Counted from the first letter of the stretch, positions 41,791-51,312 are shown. The stretch is DNA of 60,576 nucleotides from Planctomycetaceae bacterium (GCA_947453375.1 CANGGT010000002.1:1-60576); one strand, 5' to 3'. Numbers and translations are program-made. Notes: a model not told the origin generated them from the sequence alone.

Positions 41791-43395
41791 TCACGCGGCG
41801 CCGGAGGAACGCATCGCCAGCCGCGACAACACCGCCACGGCCACCAGAAGGAAGGCCACGCCGCACCAGCGTCCCAAGGTCGACACCCACGGATTGGCGG
41901 CCGGCGGAGATCCACCGGCAACCGGAGCCGGCGCCATCGGGGCAGCCTTCGGTTCGCGTCCGGCTTCGACGCGGGCAGGATCGATCGCCACGGTTTCGTC
42001 CGTGGCATCCTCGTCGCCGAGCACCGGCGGGATGCGAGCGGCCAGCGCCGCTTCGGCCGCGGAAGCTTCGGTGGCCGGGGGGCTCGTCACCGCGGGGGGC
42101 TCGCCGCCGGGCTGTGAGGACGGGTCGCCGGGATCGCCATCGGGCTCGGTCGCCGAGGCGGCCGCCTCAGACGGCTTCGGTGTCGAAAGCGCCGCCGCAA
42201 AGCCGGCCAGCGTCGCCGCCCGTCGGACCGCCTCGGGATCGAGTTTCTCGAGCTTCGCAAGGACCTCGGCGGCGTGGGGTTCGGGGCAGGCCTTGAGGTA
42301 GTTCACCACCGGCTCACGGACGAAGAGGTTGTCGGCGTCGGCCTTCTCGAAGAGTTCGCCGAGCCGATCGACGACCGACCAATCCTCCCAGCGGGCGAGA
42401 TCGGCGATGACAAGATCGGCGAGCTTCGGCTCCCCGAGGAGGATCCGCAACGACTGGAGGACTCGCTCCCGCGGCACCACCGTCGATTCCTCGCCGAGGA
42501 ACCGCAGCGCCATCACGGCTGCGTAGGTCTCGGTGAAGGGGACATTCCGCCCCTTGCGGTCGAGGAACTGCGTGTCGACCATATCGAGCCCCTCGGGCCC
42601 CTTGAGGGTGACGTAGCAGGCAATGAGGGCGTCGAGGCCCGAGCGCACCTCGGCGCTGGCCGGATCGGGTTCGGTGTTGGCGAGAATCGCCCCGATGCGA
42701 TCGGCATCCGCCTTGGTGCCGCAAACCCCGAGCATCGTGGCGTAGAGACGGCGCCGGTTGGCGGGCACTTTGGGATTCTCGATCCAGGCGAGCAGTTGCG
42801 TCGGGTCCATCCGGCTCTCGAGGCCGCGGACATCGTCGTAGGGGGCAACCGCAAACTCGTCGTAGGCGTCGCGCGCCAGGGTGTCGTCGGCATCCTCGAG
42901 ATACTTTTGGAAGAACGCCAGTCGGTCAGCCCCCTTGGCCGGGAGATCGGCGAGTTTCTTGAGATAGTCGATCCCGCGTTCACTGACCGGGATCGGGCTC
43001 GACCAGACGAGCTTCGGAGGCTCGACGGCCATGAGGAGATAGGTCGTGCCGGCGGGCTTGACCTCGAGCATGATCGTCTCGATCTGGCGGACGCCATCGA
43101 CGTCGAGGAGTTCGGCCCCCTCGAGAAGATCGCCCCCCTTGAGCGCTTCGACGACCACGAACCGCCCCTTGGGGAGCGGGCCATCGGCCCGGGGCGACAG
43201 CGACGCCGAGGTCGGTGGCTCGACGAGCCGGGCAATCACGGCGACCTGACTCTGCGCGATCTCCTGGGAGAACGTCAGCGACACGGCCGAGCAGAACGGG
43301 CAGGCTGACGCGACAGGCATCCGGCCGGCGAGGAGCACGGCGAGGAGAGCGAGCAGGAGGCCGGAAAAACGCGCGGAGCGTGAGTTGGGTTTCAT
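41791..43395 (-). CDS. secreted helical-repeat protein with N-terminal CPFC motif, acidic Pro/Ala-rich linker and C-terminal TM anchor (paralog B)
   Basis: 534 aa with an ATG start. Signal LLLALLAVLLAGRMPVASA is followed by CPFC. Contains RDAYDEFAVAPYDDVR. C-terminal anchor WCGVAFLLVAVAVLSRLAM. Confidence 0.7.
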   Translation of the reverse strand: MKPNSRSARFSGLLLALLAVLLAGRMPVASACPFCSAVSLTFSQEIAQSQVAVIARLVEPPTSASLSPRADGPLPKGRFVVVEALKGGDLLEGAELLDVDGVRQIETIMLEVKPAGTTYLLMAVEPPKLVWSSPIPVSERGIDYLKKLADLPAKGADRLAFFQKYLEDADDTLARDAYDEFAVAPYDDVRGLESRMDPTQLLAWIENPKVPANRRRLYATMLGVCGTKADADRIGAILANTEPDPASAEVRSGLDALIACYVTLKGPEGLDMVDTQFLDRKGRNVPFTETYAAVMALRFLGEESTVVPRERVLQSLRILLGEPKLADLVIADLARWEDWSVVDRLGELFEKADADNLFVREPVVNYLKACPEPHAAEVLAKLEKLDPEAVRRAATLAGFAAALSTPKPSEAAASATEPDGDPGDPSSQPGGEPPAVTSPPATEASAAEAALAARIPPVLGDEDATDETVAIDPARVEAGREPKAAPMAPAPVAGGSPPAANPWVSTLGRWCGVAFLLVAVAVLSRLAMRSSGAA

Positions 43396-43501
43396 GGCCC
43401 GATTTTAGCAGGCCCAGGAACGCCGGGGGAAATCCGCTTCGCTCCGGCCGGCCCCTTTTTCCCCCCCACCCCTCGCCCCCGGGGCGGTGGGCCGGGAGCG
43501 G

Positions 43502-44824
43502 TCAGCCAGGGCCCTGGAGCCACCGGGAGACATCGGTCCGGTACGCGGCCAGCGCGGGGAGGAGCGCCGCGAGGATCGCCAGGAGGACGAGGAACGGGAC
43601 GAGGAGGGCCTCGGCCTCGGGCGCCGATGAGAAAAACCCGGCCCTCACCCCCGCACTGGCGGCAATCCAGGGCCCGATCGCCGCCACGATTGCATGCCCG
43701 AGCACCCAACCGACCAGCCCCCCTCCGACAGCCAGGAGCACCGCCTCGATGAGGACCGTCGCCAGGACGTGGCCGCGGCGTGCCCCGAGGGCGCGCATGA
43801 TCGCCACATCGCGGCTCCGCTCGAGCGACGAGCCGACCATGCTGATGAGGATGCCGAGCGCCGACACGAGCACGACCAACGCCGTGACCATGAGGAGGAC
43901 GAGTTCGAGGGGGCGCACGAAGAGATCGAGGAGCTGGCGGATCTCCGCCACCGGGAGTGCCGCCTGGGCGTCGCGCCCCTCGTTGATCGCCGTCCTCAGG
44001 CCCATCGCCGTCAGTTCCGGTGGCAATCCCGGCAGCGATGCCGTCTCGAGGAGGATCGCCGTCACCTCCCGCTGCGCTGCCGGCAGCGGCGCCGGCCCCT
44101 CCCCGGCCGGGGCTCGAGGCGCCTCCGGCTCGACGCCGTCAGGCATCGGCTTGGCATGGCCATCCTGGAGATAAAAGCCCTCCATGTTGACGAACACGCC
44201 GCGGTCGATCGGCGTCCAGGTGCGCTCGAGGATCCCCACGACGTGGAACGGATCGTGCACCTTGCCGTCATCGGCGCCGTGGGTGGGAGCGAACGGATCC
44301 CCGACTTTGAGGCCGAGACTGTCCGCGACGCTCGCGCCGATCACGCCGGCGAAGAAGTCGTCGTCGCGGAAGTTTTCCCCCGACGAGAACTTGAATGGCT
44401 CGCCGTCTCCGCGCGTGAGCCGGCCGAAGAAGTCGGAGTTCGTACCGATGACACGGAAGCTGCGGTAGTAGTCCCCCATGCAGGTCGGGACGGCCACGCC
44501 GGTACTCGCGGCGTACTTCCCGTCGACCCCGTCGGCGCGCCGTGCCGCCGGGAGGAACTCCTCGTAGAAGTCCCAGCCGACGTTCTCGATCGGCTTGCTG
44601 ATGAAGTAGACGGTGTTGAGGACGAGCTGGAGCGGGCTCCCCTTCGCCCCCACGATCATGTTGTAGCCGAGCCCCGCCCCCGACTCGAAGGCCCGCTGGA
44701 CGATGGCCCCGGTGACGAGCGTCGCCACGACCAGCGCCACGCCGAGCGCCAGCGACACCGCCGTCAGGGCGCTGGTGAAGGGGCGTTGGCGGATGTTGCG
44801 CCAGGCGATGCCGAGGAGGTTCAT
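43502..44824 (-). CDS. ABC transporter permease, FtsX/MacB-type (4 TM, large periplasmic loop)
   Basis: 440 aa. N-terminus LLGIAWRNIRQRPFTSALTAVSLALGVALV, a periplasmic domain of roughly 250 aa, and a C-terminal FtsX-like 3-TM bundle (RSRDVAIMRALGARRGHV). Confidence 0.8.
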   Translation of the reverse strand: MNLLGIAWRNIRQRPFTSALTAVSLALGVALVVATLVTGAIVQRAFESGAGLGYNMIVGAKGSPLQLVLNTVYFISKPIENVGWDFYEEFLPAARRADGVDGKYAASTGVAVPTCMGDYYRSFRVIGTNSDFFGRLTRGDGEPFKFSSGENFRDDDFFAGVIGASVADSLGLKVGDPFAPTHGADDGKVHDPFHVVGILERTWTPIDRGVFVNMEGFYLQDGHAKPMPDGVEPEAPRAPAGEGPAPLPAAQREVTAILLETASLPGLPPELTAMGLRTAINEGRDAQAALPVAEIRQLLDLFVRPLELVLLMVTALVVLVSALGILISMVGSSLERSRDVAIMRALGARRGHVLATVLIEAVLLAVGGGLVGWVLGHAIVAAIGPWIAASAGVRAGFFSSAPEAEALLVPFLVLLAILAALLPALAAYRTDVSRWLQGPG

Positions 44825-44851
44825 GGGAAGTGACCCGCGGAAGAGAAACGG

Positions 44852-45541
44852 TCAGCGCTTGTGGGCGGCGGCGGCGCGGTTGAAGTCCTCGAGACGGAGG
44901 CGGCGGGGGAACTGTGCCGACACCTCCGGGGCATGCGTGACGACGACGAGGGCCACGCCGTGATCGGTGCACGTCGTCCGCAGGAGGTCGATCACCTGCT
45001 GCTGGTGGGCGGCGTCGATGCTGGCGGTCGGCTCATCGGCAAGGACGACCCGCGGCCGGTTGGCGAGGGCCCGGGCCACCGCCACGCGCTGCTGCTGGCC
45101 GGTGGAGAGTTCCGCGGGGCGATGGTGGAGCCGGTGCCCGAGGTCGACCGCGCCGAGGAGCTCCATGGCCCGCGACCGGTCGGGGCGCCCCGACCCGAAG
45201 GCCATCGCCACGAGGACATTCTCCAGGGCGGTGAACCCGGGAAGGAGGTTGAACGACTGGAACACCATCCCGAGCTTGTCGGCCCGCACCCTGTCTCGGC
45301 GGGCCTCGTCGAGCCGGGCCAGATCGATGCCGTCGATGACCACCCTCCCTGCGTCGGGGCGGGTGATCCCGGAGATGACATTGAGGAGCGTCGACTTTCC
45401 CGACCCGCTCTGCCCCTCGAGGGCGAGGTGCTCACCGGGGGCGACGGCGAAGGCCTCGATATCGAGGACGTCGACCCGGCCCCCCCCAGGCATCGCGAAT
45501 GACTTCCGCACCTTCTCGAGCTGGATGACGGGGGTCGACAT
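44852..45541 (-). CDS. ABC transporter ATP-binding protein, MacB/LolD-type
   Basis: Track ORF trimmed to ATG 45541. Walker A GQSGSGKST, signature LSTGQQQRVAVARAL, Walker B VVLADEPT. Confidence 0.85.
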   Translation of the reverse strand: MSTPVIQLEKVRKSFAMPGGGRVDVLDIEAFAVAPGEHLALEGQSGSGKSTLLNVISGITRPDAGRVVIDGIDLARLDEARRDRVRADKLGMVFQSFNLLPGFTALENVLVAMAFGSGRPDRSRAMELLGAVDLGHRLHHRPAELSTGQQQRVAVARALANRPRVVLADEPTASIDAAHQQQVIDLLRTTCTDHGVALVVVTHAPEVSAQFPRRLRLEDFNRAAAAHKR

Positions 45542-45703
45542 GGCATCTCGGCAAGCGGCGGACGGGGCCACGGGGAAGGCCCCGCAGTATTCCCGATCGC
45601 CACCCGGCGGGAAAGAGCGGGAAAGAGCGACGCCGGGGGGGGCGTCTCGGCAGCCACCGATCCCGGCGGAAAGCGGAGCGCGGCGGGACGGGCCTCGGGA
45701 TGT

Positions 45704-45733
45704 TTGAGCGGCCCCGGCGAGCGGGTGTATATT
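45704..45733 (+). promoter_or_regulatory. candidate sigma70 promoter TTGAGC-N18-TATATT upstream of gap
   Basis: This is the only A/T-rich hexamer in the 296-nt divergent intergenic region. It sits about 105 nt upstream of the gap GTG. Confidence 0.35.
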
Positions 45734-45837
45734 TGCTCGCGCGTCCACCGCGGCCACCGTTCCTGCAATCGTCGCAGGAGGCCGTTCCCACCCCCGGCGC
45801 CCCGCCCTCCCCGGCGCCACGCCCCAGGAGTCTGCCA

Positions 45838-46854
45838 GTGTCCATCCGCGTCGGCATCAACGGTTTCGGCCGCATCGGTCGCCTCACCTACCGGGCCATC
45901 TACGAGAAGTTCGGCCTCGACGGCGACGTTCAGGTCGTCGCCCTCAACGACCTCACCGACGCCAAGACGAACGCCCACCTCCTCGAGTTCGACTCCAACT
46001 ACGGTCCGTTCAAGGGAACCGTCGGCTACGAGGGGAACGACCTCGTCGTCGACGGCCGCAAGATCAAGGTCTTCGCCGAGAAGGATCCCGGGGCGATCGA
46101 TTGGTCGAGCCAGGGTGTTCAGGTGGTCGTCGAGAGCACCGGCTTTTTCACCGATGCCACCAAGGCGGTCGCCCACAAGCGTGGGAGCGTGAAGAAGGTC
46201 GTGATCTCGGCCCCGGCCAAGAACGAGGACCTGACGATCGTCCTCGGGGTCAACAACGACATGTACGACCCCGCCAAGCACCACGTCATCTCCAACGCCT
46301 CCTGCACGACCAACGGCCTCGCCCCGGTCGCCAAGGTGCTCCACGAGACCTACGGCATCGACCGTGGCCTGCTGACGACGGTCCACGCCTATACCAACTC
46401 GCAGAAGACGGTCGACACCGCCGCCAAGGATCTCCGTGATGCCCGGGCTGCGGCCCTCAACATCGTCCCCTCGAGCACCGGTGCGGCACGGGCCGTCGGC
46501 CTCGTCATCCCGGCCCTCCAGGGGAAGTTCACCGGCATGGCCTTCCGCGTGCCGACGCCGACGGTGAGCGTCGTCGACTTCACGGCGATCCTCAACAAGG
46601 AAGCCTCCCCGGCTGACATCAACGCGGTGATGAAGAAGGCGGCCGAGGGCCCCCTCAAGGGAATCCTCCGCTACACCGACAAGGAGCTGGTCTCCACCGA
46701 CCTCAAGGGGGATCCGCACAGCTCGATCTTCTCGGCCGTCGACACGATCGGCTTGGGCAACTTCGTCAAGGTCGTCAGCTGGTACGACAACGAATGGGGC
46801 TACTCCAACCGCGTCGCCGACCTCCTCAACTTCCTCGAGGACCGCGGCCTCTGA
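45838..46854 (+). CDS. gap: type I glyceraldehyde-3-phosphate dehydrogenase
   Basis: Track ORF trimmed to GTG 45838 (VSIRVGINGFGRIGRL). Active site SNASCTTNGLAP. C-terminal WYDNEWGYSNR. Confidence 0.95.
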   Translation: MSIRVGINGFGRIGRLTYRAIYEKFGLDGDVQVVALNDLTDAKTNAHLLEFDSNYGPFKGTVGYEGNDLVVDGRKIKVFAEKDPGAIDWSSQGVQVVVESTGFFTDATKAVAHKRGSVKKVVISAPAKNEDLTIVLGVNNDMYDPAKHHVISNASCTTNGLAPVAKVLHETYGIDRGLLTTVHAYTNSQKTVDTAAKDLRDARAAALNIVPSSTGAARAVGLVIPALQGKFTGMAFRVPTPTVSVVDFTAILNKEASPADINAVMKKAAEGPLKGILRYTDKELVSTDLKGDPHSSIFSAVDTIGLGNFVKVVSWYDNEWGYSNRVADLLNFLEDRGL

Positions 46855-46960
46855 TTTCAGATTCTGGTTCCTGAGCCTGGTCTCGCCTCGGCGAGCCCCC
46901 AGGCCAAAGCCAGTTCGAGGTCCAGTTCCAGGTCCGCCGCATGGCGGCATCGAATCCCAG

Positions 46961-46994
46961 GCGGGGCGTCGCACGAGCGGCGCCCCGCTTTTTT
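46961..46994 (+). terminator. rho-independent terminator of gap
   Basis: 12-bp stem GCGGGGCGTCGC / GCGGCGCCCCGC (one G-U pair), ACGA loop, then TTTTTT (46989..46994). Confidence 0.8.
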
Positions 46995-47049
46995 CATCGC
47001 TTCATGCCCCCCGGAGGTACGAAGCTACGGACGAAGCCGGGGGAAACCG

Positions 47050-48093
47050 TCAGTCAGCGGCGTGCGCTCGAATGGCGCCGGAAGAGTGCACCGACACCGG
47101 CACGTCGACCCGGTGGACGCTGCCGTCGAACGTCGTCATCACGACATGAACGTGGACCGTCGACGACTGGGGCGCTGCCCCTGGCCAGCGGAGGAGAAAG
47201 TGGAGCCCGCGGGCCCGTGACGTGCGGCGGAAATGCCCCTGGGCTTCGGCCTCGGGGATATCCCAGCGGGCGATGCAGCCCCCCTCGCCAGGATCGGTCG
47301 GCTCCGCCGGCACCACGCCCCCGCCCGGCGGCACGGCGGGGTCGTTGACGAACACGACGACGTCTCCGGCGGCCGTCACGAGGCGCTCGTCGGCGTCGCG
47401 CGGCTCGACGACGAGCGCGAGCCCCTCGGCCACCCCGTCACCGTCGGCATCAAAGCATTCTGTCCGCGCCGGATTGACGACGAGATGGCTGATCCGCCCC
47501 TCACCGGCGAGGCTCTCCTCGAACGACAGCCGCCGCACGGCGGGCGCCATTCCGGCGCTGGGGAGCGGGGGAACTCCGTCGAGCTTCGGCGGCACCATTC
47601 CCCCCGGCGGGACCGACGGCGATGCCGGCGGCGGCGTGAGGGGAGGCGGGAGCGTGGGAGTCGAGGAGGGCGTACCCCCGGGCCCGAAGCGGAGGCCCCT
47701 CGGCGCGGCACTGGAGCCCCCGGGCGCCGTCAGCCCCGGCACGGACACGCTGGGCAGCGGGGGAGGGGGAACGAACGTCGGCGCCGACGAGGGCCGTCCC
47801 TGGGACGACGATCCGTCGCCGATCCCCAATTGCCTCCGCAGGCTCGCGTTCTCCCCCGCTGTCCGCTCGAGCCTCGCACTCTTCGACAGGAGTTGGTCCT
47901 GGAGGTGGTAGATCTGGTCTTCCTGCATCCGCAGCTCCCGCTCGAGGAGTTGCTGATTGAGGTCGGTCTTGCAGCCGGCGAGCACCAGCAGGGCGCAGCC
48001 CACGACGGCAGCGGGGAACGCCGCTCCCCGGCGAGATGCGCGGATCGGTCGCGCCCCTCGCGGGGCACGGGTGCTCCCTGCGGACCTGTGCAT
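47050..48093 (-). CDS. hypothetical lipoprotein: coiled coil + Pro-rich linker + C-terminal beta-rich domain
   Basis: ATG 48093. Lipobox LVLAGC. LNQQLLERELRMQEDQIYHLQDQLL coiled coil. Long P/S/G-rich segment. Confidence 0.6.
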   Translation of the reverse strand: MHRSAGSTRAPRGARPIRASRRGAAFPAAVVGCALLVLAGCKTDLNQQLLERELRMQEDQIYHLQDQLLSKSARLERTAGENASLRRQLGIGDGSSSQGRPSSAPTFVPPPPLPSVSVPGLTAPGGSSAAPRGLRFGPGGTPSSTPTLPPPLTPPPASPSVPPGGMVPPKLDGVPPLPSAGMAPAVRRLSFEESLAGEGRISHLVVNPARTECFDADGDGVAEGLALVVEPRDADERLVTAAGDVVVFVNDPAVPPGGGVVPAEPTDPGEGGCIARWDIPEAEAQGHFRRTSRARGLHFLLRWPGAAPQSSTVHVHVVMTTFDGSVHRVDVPVSVHSSGAIRAHAAD

Positions 48094-48164
48094 GATGCGC
48101 CTCCTGCGCCTCAGACGGTCTAATTCACGACGATCTCCCGGTCCTCCGGACCGGCAAGTCGCTG

Positions 48165-48767
48165 TCAGGCGACGCTCTTGACCGTCGGCATCCGGTCGAT
48201 GACCTCGTCGATGAGTCCGTATTCGCGGGCCTTCTCGGCAGCCATGAAGTTGTCACGGTCGGTGTGCTTCTCGATCTCGTCGAGCGGCTGGCCGGTGTGC
48301 TTTTGGAGGATCATGTTGAGCCGCTGCTTGATGTAGCGGAACTCCTTGGCGTGGATCATGATCTCCTCCGCCGTCCCCTCCATTCCGGCCAGCGGCTGGT
48401 GGATCATGATCCGGGAGTTCGGCAAAGCACGCCGCTTCCCCTTGGCGCCGGCCGTGAGGAGCACGGCGCCCATCGAGGCACACTGACCGATGCAGTAGGT
48501 GGCGACGTCGCAGGTCACGAACTGCATCGTGTCGTAGATCGCCAGCCCGGCGGTGACACTGCCACCCGGGCTGTTGATGTAGAGGTGGATGTCGGACTTC
48601 GGGTCGTCGGATTGCAGGAAGAGCATCTGCGCAACGATGGCGTTGGCGACCTCGTCGTTGACCTGACTGCCAAGGAAGATGATTCGGTCCTTGAGCAGGC
48701 GACTGTAGATGTCCATCGCCCGCTCTTCGCGGCCGCTCTTCTCGATGACGTAAGGGATGAGGGGCAT
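48165..48767 (-). CDS. clpP: ATP-dependent Clp protease proteolytic subunit (paralog 2)
   Basis: 200 aa. [20 protein letters not shown]. The Ser (GQCASMG), His (MIHQP) and Asp (TDRDNF) triad is intact. Confidence 0.95.
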   Translation of the reverse strand: MPLIPYVIEKSGREERAMDIYSRLLKDRIIFLGSQVNDEVANAIVAQMLFLQSDDPKSDIHLYINSPGGSVTAGLAIYDTMQFVTCDVATYCIGQCASMGAVLLTAGAKGKRRALPNSRIMIHQPLAGMEGTAEEIMIHAKEFRYIKQRLNMILQKHTGQPLDEIEKHTDRDNFMAAEKAREYGLIDEVIDRMPTVKSVA

Positions 48768-48770
48768 CGG

Positions 48771-49406
48771 TCAGTCCTTGTCCTTGTCGTCGCCGGTCAT
48801 GGGGGGCTTGGTGAGGATCTCGTCGACGAGGCCGTATTCCTTCGCCTCGGCGGCCGAGAGATAGCGGTCGCGGTCGGTGTCCCTGGCAATCCGCTCGAGC
48901 GGCTGCCCGGTGTGGTCCGCCAGAATCTCGTTGAGAACCGCACGTGTCTTGAGGATCTCGTCGGCTTGGATCTCGATGTCGCTCACCTGCCCGCCGACCT
49001 GGCCGTAGGGCTGGTGGATCATCACCTTGGCGTGCGGCAGGGCGAATCGCTTCCCCTTGGCACCGCCGGCGAGGAGCACGGCCCCACCGCTGGCAGCGAT
49101 CCCCACGCAGTAGGTCGCCACAGGGCAGGAGAGAATCTGCATCGTGTCGTAGATGGCCATCGTCGCCGTGACGCTGCCGCCGGGCGAGTTGATGTAGAAG
49201 TGGATGTCCTTGCGCCGGTTGTCGCTCTGGAGATAGAGCAGCTTCATCACCAGCTCGTTGGCGTTCCCGTCGTAAATCTCCCCCTGAAGGAGGATGATCC
49301 GATTCTCGAGGAGCAGATCGCCGAGCGTCATCTGCCGCTGCCGCTGGTAGTCGCGGGAAGCGCTGGAGGCGCTGGACGAGCGCGGATCGAAGGAACGGTC
49401 GTGCAT
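48771..49406 (-). CDS. clpP: ATP-dependent Clp protease proteolytic subunit (paralog 1)
   Basis: 211 aa. [20 protein letters not shown]. The Ser (GIAASGG), His (MIHQP) and Asp (TDRDRY) triad is intact. Its stop is 3 nt before the next clpP start. Confidence 0.95.
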   Translation of the reverse strand: MHDRSFDPRSSSASSASRDYQRQRQMTLGDLLLENRIILLQGEIYDGNANELVMKLLYLQSDNRRKDIHFYINSPGGSVTATMAIYDTMQILSCPVATYCVGIAASGGAVLLAGGAKGKRFALPHAKVMIHQPYGQVGGQVSDIEIQADEILKTRAVLNEILADHTGQPLERIARDTDRDRYLSAAEAKEYGLVDEILTKPPMTGDDKDKD

Positions 49407-49465
49407 GGTGGGGGCCCGTGAGGGAACGCTGGACGGACGGGGATCCGGGAACGTGGGGATGGGGT

Positions 49466-50956
49466 CTAGCGCCGCGGGGCACGCACCGCGGAGGCCTCGG
49501 CGTGGTTGGCGGTCGGAATCGCGTCATCGCCCACGACCTCACCGCAAACCGCATGATCGACGGCATCGGCGTCGGGCTTGGGGAACTCAAACGGGGTGTC
49601 GGCGAAGGTGGCGCTGGTCGTGATCAGATCGAGGGTCTTCCGCTCGATGATCTGATTGCGGAGAACGTCCATCAAGCCCCGCTTCTCGAGGCTGGCACGC
49701 ACGCGCCGGGGGGACTCGCCCGACTGCGCGGCGATGGCGCGAATCTCCTCGTCGTAGTCGGCCCCCGTCTCGGCGATCGATTCCTCCTCGGCGATCCGCT
49801 CGAGGATGAAGTGCTCCTTGAGCGCCTTGGCGGTGCTCGCCATCACCGACTGGCGCAGTTCGTTGACATGGCGGCGGATCGAGTCGTCGTCGAAGCCGCT
49901 GCGGCGCAGTTCGAGGATCGCCCGCTCCAGCTCGCGCTGGCTCTGGCGGCGGAGGAGATCCGGCGGGAGATCCCAGTTCGCCGAGGCCGTCAGGGCACTG
50001 GCGACCTGCTTGCGGACCTCACGGCGCTGGTGCCAAGCGAGCTGTCCGTCGAGTTGCCCACGGATGGCAGCGCGAAGGGCGTCGGCATCGGCAAAGGGGC
50101 CGAGTTCCCCGAGGACCTCCTCGGAGAGCTCAGGCAACTCGAGCTTCTTCACCTCGACGACGGTCAGCTCCAGCGTGACTTCCTTGCCACGGAGCGCCTC
50201 GACGGCTGCCTCGCCCGAGACGGTCACCGGGACCGTCACCGGCTTGCCCGGCTTCGCCTTGGCGACGAGCTTGGCGAATCCTGGCACTTCGGCATCCGCC
50301 AGTGAGAGCTTCTCCCGGACGACGATCTCGACTTCGTTGGCCTCGGAGAGGACGGTGTCGCCATCGAGGAAACGGAGGTTGGCCACGACGAGATCCCCCT
50401 CGGCAGGGGAGCCGTCGTGGGGCACGAGGCGACTGCGATCACGGAGGACATTGGCAAGGGCGTCGTCGACGTCCTTCTCGGAAATCTCGCGGGTCGGCCG
50501 CTTGATCGAGAGCCCCTTCCACTGCGGCATCTCGAACTCGGGGCGGACCTCGATCGAAAACTCGAACGTCATCGGCCCGTCTTCGGGGAGGACGATCGCC
50601 CCGACGTCGAGTTCCGGTTCGCTGATCGGCGACAGCTTTTCCGTCTCCGAAACCTGGGTCATGGCGTCGGCGAGGAGCTTCGAGCGGATCTGCTCGGAAA
50701 GCTCTGTCTTGAAGCGGCTGCCGACGAGGGCCTTCGGGGCGCGACCGGGGCGGAAACCGGGCAGATGGGCCGTCGGCACCATCTCACCGATGCATTCGGC
50801 GTGGTAGCGGGCGATGTCCTCGCGCGGAATCGAAACTCGCACCTTCCGCTGGCAGGTCGACACTTTGTCGATGGCAACGTCGAGTTTCAGCGGAGGCCGC
50901 TCTCCCGGGAGGGGGGCGGCGGACGTGGCGGAATCGAGCGCGGCGGTATCAGACAT
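49466..50956 (-). CDS. tig: trigger factor
   Basis: Track ORF 49466..51382 runs through the tRNA and was trimmed to ATG 50956 (MSDTAALDS). Motif [14 protein letters not shown] and the overall trigger-factor layout are present. Confidence 0.85.
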   Translation of the reverse strand: MSDTAALDSATSAAPLPGERPPLKLDVAIDKVSTCQRKVRVSIPREDIARYHAECIGEMVPTAHLPGFRPGRAPKALVGSRFKTELSEQIRSKLLADAMTQVSETEKLSPISEPELDVGAIVLPEDGPMTFEFSIEVRPEFEMPQWKGLSIKRPTREISEKDVDDALANVLRDRSRLVPHDGSPAEGDLVVANLRFLDGDTVLSEANEVEIVVREKLSLADAEVPGFAKLVAKAKPGKPVTVPVTVSGEAAVEALRGKEVTLELTVVEVKKLELPELSEEVLGELGPFADADALRAAIRGQLDGQLAWHQRREVRKQVASALTASANWDLPPDLLRRQSQRELERAILELRRSGFDDDSIRRHVNELRQSVMASTAKALKEHFILERIAEEESIAETGADYDEEIRAIAAQSGESPRRVRASLEKRGLMDVLRNQIIERKTLDLITTSATFADTPFEFPKPDADAVDHAVCGEVVGDDAIPTANHAEASAVRAPRR

Positions 50957-51239
50957 GGACGCTTCCGGGACGGAGAGGACGTGGAGGGGAATCGGGACGG
51001 CAATCTGACGAGGAGCGACGCAGCGAACGACGGGAATCGTACGGAGGCCGGCCACGAAGGGCGAGGTGCACCACCCTCCCCGCGGTTGATCGGCCGCCGG
51101 CTTGCGTCCCCGCCCACATCTGAAAGCAGCGGGGGAGGGGTGAGCTGGTCGGGAGGGCGACAGCCCCCCGAAGGGAGCCAAGCCCCCTGGAAGGTTGCCC
51201 TTCCGCGGACGGTTCAAACGGACCGGAAAGGGCAACAAG

Positions 51240-51312
51240 AGCGGGTGATGGGATTCGAACCCACGACAACCACGTTGGCAACGTGGTGCTCTACCAACTG
51301 AGCTACACCCGC
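51240..51312 (-). tRNA. tRNA-Gly (anticodon GCC)
   Basis: The reverse complement is GCGGGTGTAGCTCAGTTGGTAGAGCACCACGTTGCCAACGTGGTTGTCGTGGGTTCGAATCCCATCACCCGCT. It folds as a full cloverleaf: 7-bp acceptor stem, anticodon loop TTGCCAA, T-loop TTCGAAT, discriminator U. No CCA is encoded. Confidence 0.95.

Noticed and set aside
44992-46974. 660-aa minus-strand ORF spanning the ABC ATPase region and gap
   Set aside because: It is out of frame with the ABC ATPase and antisense to gap. Both of those genes have unambiguous catalytic motifs.
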